Below are positions 26,119 to 36,870 of a stretch of 64,000 bases of DNA, in pieces (positions within the stretch are counted from its first letter, which is position 1; each line of letters begins with the position of its first letter). The DNA lies in contig OX597824.1 of NCBI GenBank assembly GCA_951406725.2, forward strand, positions 248,001 to 312,000. The letters are read 5' to 3'. The stretch comes from Octopus vulgaris. Lineage: Eukaryota. Made by a program: the position numbers and the translations under genes. The notes below the pieces were generated by a model, which was not told where the DNA came from, did not search any database, and saw only the letters and a program-made list of their open reading frames with translations.

Positions 26119-27087
26119 TAGACTGTGTACAACGCATGTGTACGAACAGCCATGCTACATGGCAGTCAAACATGGGCCGTGGCTGCTGAGGACATGCGTA
26201 AGCTTGCAAGGAATGAAGCTAGTATGTTCTGCTGGATGTATAATGTCAATATGCATACACAACAGAGTGTAAGTACCCTGAGAGAAAAGTCGGACTTAAA
26301 TATCAGATGTGGTGTGCAAGAGAAACGACTGCGCTGGTATGGTCATGTGTTATGAATGGATGAGAACAGCTGTGTGAAAAAGTGCCACACCCTAGCAGTT
26401 GAGGGAGTCTGTGGAAGAGGTAGATCCAGGAAGACCTGGGATGAGGTGTTGAAGCATAACCTTTGAACATTGGGCTTTGCCAAGGCAATGAATAGTGACC
26501 GAGACCTTCAGAGATATGCTGTGCTTGAGAAGATCTGGCAAGCCAAGTGAGACCATAACTGTGGCCTATGCCAGTGGTGTATAGCCAGTCCTCTTATGAG
26601 TACCCTTCATTCATTTAACAAACTTTGCTTGCAAAGACCTGTTGAGGCAAGTGAAATCAAAATCGCTGACATGGCCGATGACAGTACTGCCTGATTGGCA
26701 CTCATGCCAGTGGAACGTTAAAAGCACCATTCGAGCATGATCATTGCCAGCGTTGCCTTTCTGGCACATATATCAGTGGCATGGGAAAAACATTTGAGTG
26801 TGATCATTGCCAGTGCTGCTGGACTGGCTCCTGTGGAGGTGGCATGTAAAGAACACCTTTTAAGCATGGTCGTTGCCAGTACTACCTGACTGACCCTCAT
26901 GCCTGTGGCACATAGAAGCACCCACTACACTCTCGGAGTGGTTGTCATTAGGAAGGGCGTCCAGCTGTAGAAACTTTGCCAGATTAGATTGGAGGCTGGT
27001 GCACTCTTCTGGCTTGCCAGTACTCAGTCAAACCGTCCAACCCATGCCAGCATGGAAAGCAGATGTTACATGATGACGATGATGATG
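26119..27087 (+). mobile_element. 5'-truncated, diverged RTE LINE copy
   Basis: YNACVRTAMLHGSQTWAV...RLRWYGHV, four 3' UTR modules and (GAT)n tail; further truncated copies near 38215-38512 (+), 47478-48130 (-) and 51345-51904 (+). Confidence 0.9.
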
Positions 27088-27519
27088 ACAGACATTATCT
27101 TGTAGCTCTAAGACTTTAATGATGTGATTGCTTATTTTTTTTTTTTTTTTGCAATGACATCGTAGGGTTGGTGTCATAGGCCAAAGCAAGTGGAATCTTT
27201 TGGCCAGGTGTGACATGTTTAAATACTGAAGGATTAAACAAATTTTACAATGCTTAAGCTTAAGGCTTCCATTATATACGTGCAATCTTATATAGAAGCA
27301 GTGATTCTGACTATCATAGAATTGCATCTCTCTTGAGTGGGGATCAGCAAAAATTGATCTCTTCAGGAAATTGATAACTTATCAACCACCATCATAGAAA
27401 TTTTTAAAGGAAATTTTTAAAAATGTGAGTGAAAACAGAAATTCATTTGTTCTTTTGTATCATTACTGCTTTTTAATAAGAAATAAATAAATTTAATGAA
27501 GATACTTAATGAAATATTA

Positions 27520-28800
27520 TGATGCTTGGCTGAAAAGTTCATAGGCTGACCAAGATACTTTCATGGAATGTGATCAAATGAGGTTTAATTTTCAAAACAG
27601 ACCCCTTGCAGTCTGTACACTCCTTCCATCGGTGTTGCAGTTCTTGGATCTCATTGGTGAAGAAGCTTTCATCATGTCGGTCAAAAAAGTCATCAACAGC
27701 AGATACGATACCATCACTGGAATATTGGTTCCTAGTCAAGTGTTTTGTCAGGTTGGGAAACAGGTAATAGTCAAATGGGGGCCAAATCAGGAAGATAAGG
27801 AGGGTGATCAACCAGTTCAAAGCCACAGTCATGCACAGAGACCATTGGAAGCAAGGACTTGAGTGCTGGAGCATTACCCTGATGAAACGAGAACCCTTTT
27901 CTCAGTTTTCTTGAGTGTTTGGTCCTCGTTACTTTTTGTAACTACCTCAGCAAGTTTGCATAGTACTCTCCATTAATGGTGTGGCCCTTTTGAAGATAGT
28001 CAATAAGCACAGGGCCTTTTGTATCCACAAAAATTGAGACCATCACCTTCCTTGGCAGATAAAACGACCTTGGCCTTTTTTGGAGCAGGTGAGGAGGGGC
28101 AGCTTTCACTGCATGAATTGTCTCTTTGTCTCTGGCTTAAAGTGATGAAGCCAATATTCATCCTGGGTTAAGAAAGTCCAAGGAGACCAGCTGGAGCTGC
28201 CTCAAACAATGTCAGATTTTCTAATGAAGTGATCAACCTGGTGTGATTTTGATTGGGTGTTAGAAACCATGGCACCCACCAAGCAAAAACCTTCACCATG
28301 CTAAGTTCATTGTGTAGAATATTCTCAACTCTCTCACAGGATATGCTAATAGCATTGGCTACTTGATTTATAGTCAATCGCCTGCCATCCATCACCTTGT
28401 GGAGAACACGGTCAACGTTTTCCTCGGTGACGGCAGTTGCAGAATGTCCAGAAATTGAGTCATATGTAAGACTCTCCATTTTCCTCATAAATTCAGCTCC
28501 CCATTTTTGCACTGTTGACAAAGCTAGAGCATCATACCCTAATGTATCAACCATGTCAGCATAAATGTCATGGGTGGAGCTGAACCATTTTTCTGCAGGT
28601 AGCACTACAATGCCAGGGTTTATCCATTTTCAAGAGGAATTGCTACTAATTACCTTTAAAGTCTTCTTTTAAAAGTCAGATGTCAGTTTACCTGGAAAGA
28701 AACAATACAGTTATTAATAAGAAGAGTTGAAATTAATGCATGCCAGATTTCACAGCCTTAGCATCACTCCTTCATAGTCAGTCTATGAACCTTTCAATCA
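27520..28800 (-). mobile_element. Decayed mariner transposon (transposase pseudogene)
   Basis: TIR cores TGAAAAGTTCATAGGCTGAC / GTCAGTCTATGAACCTTTCA; ORF fragments with HTH region, WVPW.LT (WVP..L motif), P.DYYLF and L.HRWKEC. Confidence 0.88.
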
Positions 28801-29276
28801 TAGATTGATGTAGTTGGAATATTTAATATGAAATATGTTTTGATGTAATTGCATCAGTATTTGGCTGGAAATTAAATGGGTTTCAGCATTAAATTGTTTC
28901 ACCCTTCCAAATTCAGTTCGCTACTAATTCAGTGCCCTTAATGCTCAAAATTTGGGGGTTTATCTTGACCACCTTGGGTGTGGCCATATGGAACCCCAGG
29001 GCTTCAACTATTGACCACTTTGCTGACCCTGCTTGACAACATTTGTGACTTGAAATGAAATCGCTGCAACTGAGAACTGAAATAGTGTGACTGAATTTCG
29101 TTTACTGGAATGTAGCTTTGCTCTGTTTTGTTTGATATAGGAATATATTTCAGAAATTATTTTAATTAAATTTTCTAATTATATATACATTTAAAAAAAA
29201 AATTCTTACATGCAAATAAGTCAAAAGATTCAGTCTAATAATGGTTTCCCAATTCTCCCATCTTCGTCAATTTCAG

Positions 29277-29479
29277 ATGTGTATTCGAGCTTTATTTAAC
29301 TATGAACCTGAAGAAGATGATTACATTCCCTGTAGAGAACTTGGCATTTCATTCTTGAAAGGAGATATTCTTCATGTGATTGACCAAGAAGATATGCATT
29401 GGTGGCAAGCTTATAAAGATAAGGATCAGCAAGAGAATGCTATGGCTGGATTGATACCTTCAAAGCTCTTTCAAGAAAT
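29277..29479 (+). CDS. PALS1: PALS1 exon E (SH3)
   Basis: tttcag|ATG...AT|gtaagt, 203 nt, phase 0/2; IRALFNYEPEEDDYIPCRELGISFLKGDILHVIDQEDMHWWQA...AGLIPSK. Confidence 0.96.
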
Positions 29480-30275
29480 GTAAGTTTATTGGAATTATGG
29501 TATTCTACTGCAACTGTTGTTGTTTGTGAAGATATTAGCAACCAAATTGTTATGCCGTCATGATAATTTCTTTTAGCTGAAATGAGAAACCAATTAGAAA
29601 ACTTGTATGCAATTAGCCAATTTCTTTTAATTAGCACCCAAATCTCCCTCAAATTACACCCTGTCCATTTTCAATAATGGAATGGTTATACCCTTTGGTC
29701 TTAGACCTGCTTGATCAACAACATCAAAGCTGTTTATTCTTGCCTGCTGATATTGAAAATGTGTCAGTTGTTTTGGGGGTTTTCTTCTAACACCTGAACC
29801 AGTTTAACTCTGGCACCTGGCCCTTTGATGCTTTTTATAGAGTTCACACTTTTATAAAATTTCAGAGTCAGACTCAAATCTGGGGATAATTCCCTCCTGT
29901 CAGTTTCAAAGGACCTGAAGAGGATCATGGACTCTGCCCTTTCTTCCCTTAGAGAATTATTTAGAATATTGATTCTGAATTCATAATGTTGTATTTCTTG
30001 TGCCAGAATGTTATTATTTTCTGTATTTACATTACTAAAATGATGTTAGTGTTTGGTTTCATTGCTATAATGTGATATAAAACATATGTATAGGTTCTTC
30101 AGCCAATAATGTATTTTATACTGATTGGAGATAATATAGCTTTGCAATATATGTGTGATAACACTAGCTGGGGTTCAAAGACAACAACAACTAGACTTTA
30201 TTCTGCTATGGTTCTTCTTTGTTAGATTTATTCTCTCACCCAGTTTAGCATTGCACCACCCGAAGGCCAGATAGC

Positions 30276-30324
30276 ACAGCTGCTAATGAAGACTCAAAAA
30301 AAAAGTTGAAACATGTACAGCTGT
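30276..30324 (+). ncRNA. Minimal type-I hammerhead relic (G5A core lesion)
   Basis: acagctg-CTAATGA-a-gact..agtt-GAAA-catg-TA-cagctgt; 7-bp helix I, palindrome ACATGT, GUA triplet. Confidence 0.65.
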
Positions 30325-30813
30325 TCCTTTTTCCCCCCCCCCCCCTTGTCTGCATATATCTTATACAAATTGTTTACAGTCGTCATAACACACAGTTGGC
30401 TAAAAAAAAAACTTACAAATATATTCTACAATACATTATAGCACAGCACATCTTCCTTATATTTTCTCCTTTTCCTCCTGGGATAGACTTGTATCTTCTC
30501 TGTAGTAAAACACCTGTTCCTGTCTCTCTGTTATACTTGACCCTCTCAACGGCTAGCATAAAGCCTCCTTTCTCAATATTGCACTTCTACTCTGTCAAAG
30601 GGTTTTGCCTTGTGAATTATTTGATCTCACAAGTGCTGGTGCCACATAAAAAAGCAGTCCAGTACACTCTGTAAAGTGGTTGACATTAGGAAGGTTACCC
30701 AGACAGAGAAGCTGTCACCATGCCAAAGCAGTCACTTGGTGTCCTCTTGTTTGTTCCTGTTGAACTATCCAATCCATGCCAGCATGGAATATGGATGTTA
30801 ACTGATGATGATG

Positions 30814-30864
<51 letters not shown>

Positions 30865-31063
30865 TAGTGAGAGAGTGTAACAATGATGGATATATATATA
30901 TATATATATACATATATAGAGTTACAAAATCTTTCCTCTTCTATTTTCTAGGGAGGCCATAAGTCAACAGGTTTGGGATCTGGTGATACACTGTAAAGCT
31001 AAGTGTCTTATGGATGTGAAACCCAGGGTAATCCCATAAACCAGCCTTATCTAACTTTATCTG

Positions 31064-31114
<51 letters not shown>

Positions 31115-31473
31115 TACATGCACAATAAATATATCATTTCATATATATATACACACACACACACATTCAGGCTGTTCATAAATTATCTTAACAACTTCCA
31201 CAATTTATTGAAGTTGAAATCCATTAACATGTTAGGTGCAAGCAATGGAGACCACATGGAAGTGTTCTGATGTTTCTAATAAAACTTTGATGCTGAATTA
31301 TCCTTATTTTTCATTTTTTTTTCTTTTTTTTTTCTTCCCAATTTTTCAACAAATTCTGAAAGTAATTTACATATTCCCTGTATTTTATACATCATTTTAT
31401 AACACATGCACACATTACCATTTAATGTCAAATAAGTATACCATATTGTGTATAATACATATACCATTTACAG

Positions 31474-31601
31474 GAGAGAAAGTCTCAAACAAGCTTTACT
31501 CCATGATGCTAAAGAAAACAAGAAGGGCCGAAGCTGCATTTGTTCGAAAAAGAATGCAAAAAAGAAAAAGAAAGGTCTGTACAACTTGACCGCTCGAGAA
31601 G
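31474..31601 (+). CDS. PALS1: PALS1 exon F (HOOK)
   Basis: tacag|G...GAAG|gtaatg, 128 nt, phase 2/1; (M)RESLKQALLHDAKENKKGRSCICSKKNAKKKKKGLYNLTARE. Confidence 0.92.
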
Positions 31602-33824
31602 GTAATGTCTGCATTTAAACCCATGTCAACCTCTGCTGGAAACAAACCCTTTATCTTGGGTCGGCTTCTCAGATCTATGGAGCATGCTTTGGTTACTCCC
31701 TCTGCTCTTTATCTCGCTCTCTACCTTTCTGAGTACAAAGGTTCTGTTGTACTCCTTTACATCTCTGTTTGGTGTCCATCTTCTCAGAACTGACCAATTA
31801 GCTGTCGACATTCCCAGTGTTTCTGCTAAGTGTTCACGACAGTCTATAGCCATCATTACAGCATGGATTGTGGGTGTGAAGTTGTGCCTTGTTCATTAAG
31901 TTTGGATCTATATTTGAGTGTTACTTATTTTAATAGATCTTAGGAGGATGAAAAGTAAAATCCACCCCAACAGGATTTGAACACAGAATGTAACTGAATA
32001 TGTTTGCCATTACCTCTACTCAAATGGTGGTGGCAGTGGAGGTGATGGATTTCTGTTGCTTGACAATAAAGATTCAGTCATTATAGGGGTTCTCTACCTG
32101 TGGACTCCCTTTTGATTCTGATTTTATTCTGGTGGAACCCTGTAGCTTTTTAACCCTTTTGTTACCATATTTCTGTTGAGATGCTCTGTGTTTTTCTCAA
32201 TTTTAAATATAACAAAGAATTTAGTAAACCAACTTAGTTATCATTAAGCTAGTGTAAAGAACATAAATTGTGACTAAGGTCTGGTGGAAGATTTTAATTC
32301 AGAACTTTTGAAAACAAGACATTTGTACTACAAAGCCAGAGCCAGTTTCAGCCAGTCTGCTATGGAAAGGGTTACTGTTGAAAAACTAGTTTTTATAAAT
32401 TCTTCTTTCAGAATTTCTATTTTGTTTTGCACACGTTCACTTGTGTAGGTTTACAATAACTTTCTCTGAGAGGATATTTCAGTGGCTGGAAACATGGTGA
32501 ACTCAGTAAAACATTAGAGAAAGAAACCTAATTATTTCTTGTAATAAACATGTCTAAAGCAAAATGTTTTCATGAACCCCCACTAAAATACTACTTTGGA
32601 TTCCCAGTTTTACTATTTTGCTTGTGTGGATCCCCAAAAATCTTATATGGATCCTCAGGGGTCATATGGACAGCGGTTGAGGAACACAAAGTTATTGAAT
32701 GAACTGAATCAATGTATAAAGGATGATATATGTTTTGAGTTCAAATTCCGGCAAGGTTGAATTTGCCTTTCATACTTCCAGGGTCAATAAATTAAGTATC
32801 AGTTGCATACTGGGGTTGATCTAATTGATTGGCCCCTCCCCCAAAATTTCGGGCCCTGTGCCTAGAGTAAAAAAAGAAAAGAATGTATAAAAGATGATTA
32901 AGCCTTCTGTCAGTATGCATACCCTTAATGTAATTCCCAACACAGAGTCAGTGTGTGTAACAAAGGTGTGCCTGGTGAATTGTAGGTACCATTCACTCAG
33001 TAGGCTTCTCTGCAGTTTCCAGTTACCCAATTTCAATCACAGTGTAGGTTGCCTTGAGGCTGTAGAAAATGATACCATAACGAGTGAAGATTAAAGACTT
33101 ATGACTTAAACATCTTACCCATTCGGTCATACTGCACCAAACACCACTCTAATTACAACATTAATAGAAGTTTTAATTTAGTTATTAAAGAGTAAAGTTA
33201 ATTAAATGAATCTCTCAATATTAACTGTTATTTCTATTCCTTTCCCCCTCTGTGCCCCTTTCCCCCCTCTCTCCTGTATTTTTGTATTCTTATTCTCTGC
33301 ATCTGCTTTCAGCTTTCCATTGCTGTCTTCTTTCTTTACTCAATGCTGCCTTCTCCCCCCCCCCCCCCATCTCTTTCTGTCCTCTTCCAATCAGCTGTTG
33401 TACACCTGAGTGCAAGAAGCTCATTATTACCTCCGCCTTAGCAAAGGTCGGCGTATTGTTTGTTTGTTTGTTTATCTGTGGACAAGATATCTCAAGAACC
33501 GCTGGGTGGATTTGGATGAAACTTTCAGGGATGTTTGGCCTCGTGACTGGCATGAACTGATTAAATTTTGGGATCGATCTTGTACCAGGCAAGGATTCTA
33601 GATTATTTGTTATATTTACTTTACATGATGACGATCTTACGTTCACTTTCAAGTCTTTCTCAATTATCTCCCTTTAAGCTGTTTCTAAAGTTTTATTTTC
33701 GTTTCTCTATTATTAATTTTACTTACATCTCTGTCTTAGTAGAAACTGATGGATAAAGAAATCAAACTTCATAAACAGACAGCGAAACCGTTCAGAAATT
33801 AAATAACATATTTTTATAATATTA

Positions 33825-35068
33825 CTAGCATTAAAGACCCGTTGTTGCTGGGTCATAGTGCTAGTGCATGTATATATGTGTATTTATATATATGTGTACA
33901 TATTACATGTACATCTATATATATATATATATATCTACACATAAAATACAAAATACAAAGTTATATCTTGATATCGCTAGTGATAACAATACTCAAAATA
34001 TATAACAGACTGGAATTGTTAGCCCGTCTCTTGTAATTTCGATCAATTGTATCTTGTCCTCCCTCTTGTATAGAAGTGTGGCTACAATCCAGCCTACCTC
34101 TACTTGGGGTAGGGGGTGCGCATTTAAAAATTTTTTCGTGGACGTCCTACGTCCCAGATATAAAGGTAAAAATAAAATATTTCCACTTTGCAAGTTCAAG
34201 TCGAGTACTCCCTTGCACACTCCGTTGACTCGAACCTTGCTTCTATTGTGGCGAATCTACCGCCTCTGATTAGATACCTTTCATAGTCGCACCAAGACAC
34301 TTTTCGAAGGTGCTTTCCTCCATGTGTTCAAATCTTCTTTTTTCTCTACATTGTATACTTTATAGACAATAGTCTTTTCTTTAATTTAATTTTTTATTAT
34401 CCATCTGGACTATTCCATTTCTGCACGCTAATTTTATTTTTAATTTATTCCCATTCATGTGAAACCACTTGTTCAAGTCATTGATGCAATTTTATACACA
34501 TTGCTATTTTTACTTTTGTTGTTACGATTATATTATACTTTAGTTTGATTTTAATTATTACTCACTACATATAATCCAATTGTTATTATTATTTTTATTG
34601 TTAAAGTGAAAATATCTGACATAAAATAGAGAAACGTTTTTGTTTCACTTTTAACACATAATGGCGGTGCCCCAGCATGGCCACAGCTCGTGAGCTGAAA
34701 CTAGAATCAATCAATCATAATACTGAAATAGTGGAGAAGATATGATATTGCTATGGGCTCGCTCTAGGCAAGAAGTTGAACATTGTTTTTGCCCATGAAA
34801 CTACATGGACCCTAAGTAAGACATGTGTAAAATTTGAATGGAATTGGTTGTGTAGTTCTCAAGTTTTAGGGGATCATAGTGGAGAAGATATGATATTGCT
34901 ATGGGCTCGCCCTAGACAAAAAGTTCAAAATTTTTTTTGCCGATGACACTCCCCAGACCCTAAGTAAGGCATGTGTAAAATTTGAATGAAATTGGTTGTG
35001 TAGTTCTCAAGTTTTAGGGAAACACACAGACAGACAGACACACATTCTCAGTTTTATATATATAAAGA
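33825..35068 (-). mobile_element. Non-autonomous Helitron, copy 3 (different family), with internal ~150-bp tandem duplication (about 34727-35020)
   Basis: Minus strand 5' A|TCTTTATATATATAAAACTGAG; 3' hairpin GACCC..GGGTC then CTAG|T. Confidence 0.75.
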
Positions 35069-35481
35069 TAGATATATATATATATATACACACATATATA
35101 CATTAGTCTAAAGCAACAAGAATACTAAAAGAAGGCCAGAATTTAAGAGAAGAGAAAACCAAAAGGTCTCATGCTATTTATTTAAAAATTCCTGAGTAGA
35201 ACTTATTATTGTTAACTCCACCTTTGAAACTACTTTGAATGGTGAATTTGTTAACTTTGGCTTGTATTAGATAAGGATAAATTATTTATTACTGTTAGTA
35301 AATTTTCTTCAGCAACTTTCACATTCCTTGACTATCATTGGGATCAGTCAGGTACCAGACAAAGATTCTGGAATATTTTTCTGGACTTTTTACTTAATTT
35401 TTGAGAGCAGTCCAGTTCATTTTTAGTATTCTATTTTGTGTGAGCAGTCGAGTTTATTTCAGATATTTTCATTTTAAAAGT

Positions 35482-35831
35482 TACGGAGATTTACTCGCAT
35501 AGCAAGTGATTTGATCTGAGATCGTGTGCTGGAACGAAAACAATTGCAGCGTGGAAGGTGTTTGTAAGTCATTTAAGAAACACACAAAAGCCATTCGATT
35601 CACTTCAACATTGAAGTTTAATTTGTCAAAATATTTTCGTCGCTATAAGACCGCGACCTGTTCACTGACAAAAATCCGTGCTGCATCTCTGTCATTTTTG
35701 TCAGTGAAGAGGTCGCGGACCTTAGTGACGAAAATACTTTGACAAATTAAACTTAAATGTTGAAGTGAATCGAACGGCTTTTCTGTGTTTCTTAAATGAC
35801 TTACAAACACCTTCCACGCTGCAATTGTTTT
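35482..35831. mobile_element. Foldback element (arms ~140 bp), likely a Penelope-like terminal repeat
   Basis: 35537-35675 is inverted at 35694-35831; flanked by a TTTTAAAAGT duplication (35472-35481, 35828-35837); hammerhead-like motif in each arm. Confidence 0.7.
35622..35672 (-). ncRNA. Minimal hammerhead-like fold with swapped G3-C8 core
   Basis: tttgtca-GTGAACA-g-gtcgc-ggtcttata-gcgac-GAAA-atat-TT-tgacaaa; 7-bp helix I, 5-bp helix II, palindrome AATATT. Confidence 0.6.
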
Positions 35832-36394
35832 AAAAGTCATCTCTGGCTAATCATTGAGAGGACATTGGAGTTGCCTTAGGGGAGGTTTGCACTCTCTGAG
35901 TGCTCTTGTTGTTGTTGTTGTTGCTGATGCTGATGCTGTTGCTGTTGTTGTTGTTGTGGCTTTTGCTTTGTATTTGTACAAGTTGACTCCATGTCTCACC
36001 TAGAGACCACAAGAGACAAGAAGTTAGAAGTTCAAGTCAGTGTTATGACTAGGGGGTCATATTTTTTGTTTTGTGTAGAGTATTGATCTAGAGAATGTCT
36101 GTCAAAATATAAGGAAATTATTATTGTATTATTGATGGGCATGGCTGTGTGGTTAGGGAGCTTGCTTCCCAACTACATGGTTTCGGGTTCAGTCCCACTG
36201 CGTGGCACTTTGGGTAGGTGTCTTCCACTATAGCCCCGAGCCGACCGGAGCTTTGTGATTGAATTCGGTAGGTGGAAGTTATTGCCGTGTGTGTATATGT
36301 GTGTATAGCTGCTCAGTGCCTCTCCGAAAGAAAAAGAGGGTTTGGTTCAGGTTCGATCTTATTCCTGGTAGGAATTATGTGGATAGCAGATTAC

Positions 36395-36870
36395 TACCTA
36401 TAACCTTCGGTATCCACACGTTTTTGGCAATCTTTCAAGTGCTTAGCACCTTCCTGATAATCCTTGCTGTCCCTACAAACTTTCTGTAGGAGCTCTACCA
36501 AGCATTCTATTCCAATCTCCTTCAGTGATTTGTCTATATCTTCGCTTACAGTTCTCAACACACCATTTATTATAGGTACAACCTTCACTGTTCGCATATT
36601 CCAAATTCTTCCTATTTCAAATTTTAAGGGATTGTATGTTTTTTTAAAATTTTTCTTCCTCTTTCTTTTCGATCCTGGAATAAAAACGGACATGAAGGAT
36701 CGATAAGTAAGCAACTTTACTTTTCCTTATCTATAATCATTACATCTTCGTAATGCCCATCTGGGTTTGATAGGCATTCTCCAGAGCAGCATCTATCCAA
36801 TTATTAGTGTCCTATCATCATCATCTTTGTGATTTGGATTCTTGTGATCATTTTATACCATTTTCTTGAT
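36395..36870 (-). mobile_element. 3' fragment of a restriction-like-endonuclease non-LTR element (R4/Dong or NeSL-like)
   Basis: Y.PLKFEIGRIWNMRTVKVVPIINGVL.TV...LLQKV matches the RLE C-terminal pattern KY..L..EI.R.W....V.PI.VGALG. Confidence 0.7.

Larger units (their letters stand above)
33424..35910 (+). mobile_element. DINE-1/HINE-like element expanded by nested insertions
   Basis: 5' TTATTACCTCCGCC, (GTTT)n and core; resumes near 35340; 3' GGGGAGGT sub-TIR and GCACTCtctGAGTGC hairpin. Confidence 0.6.
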
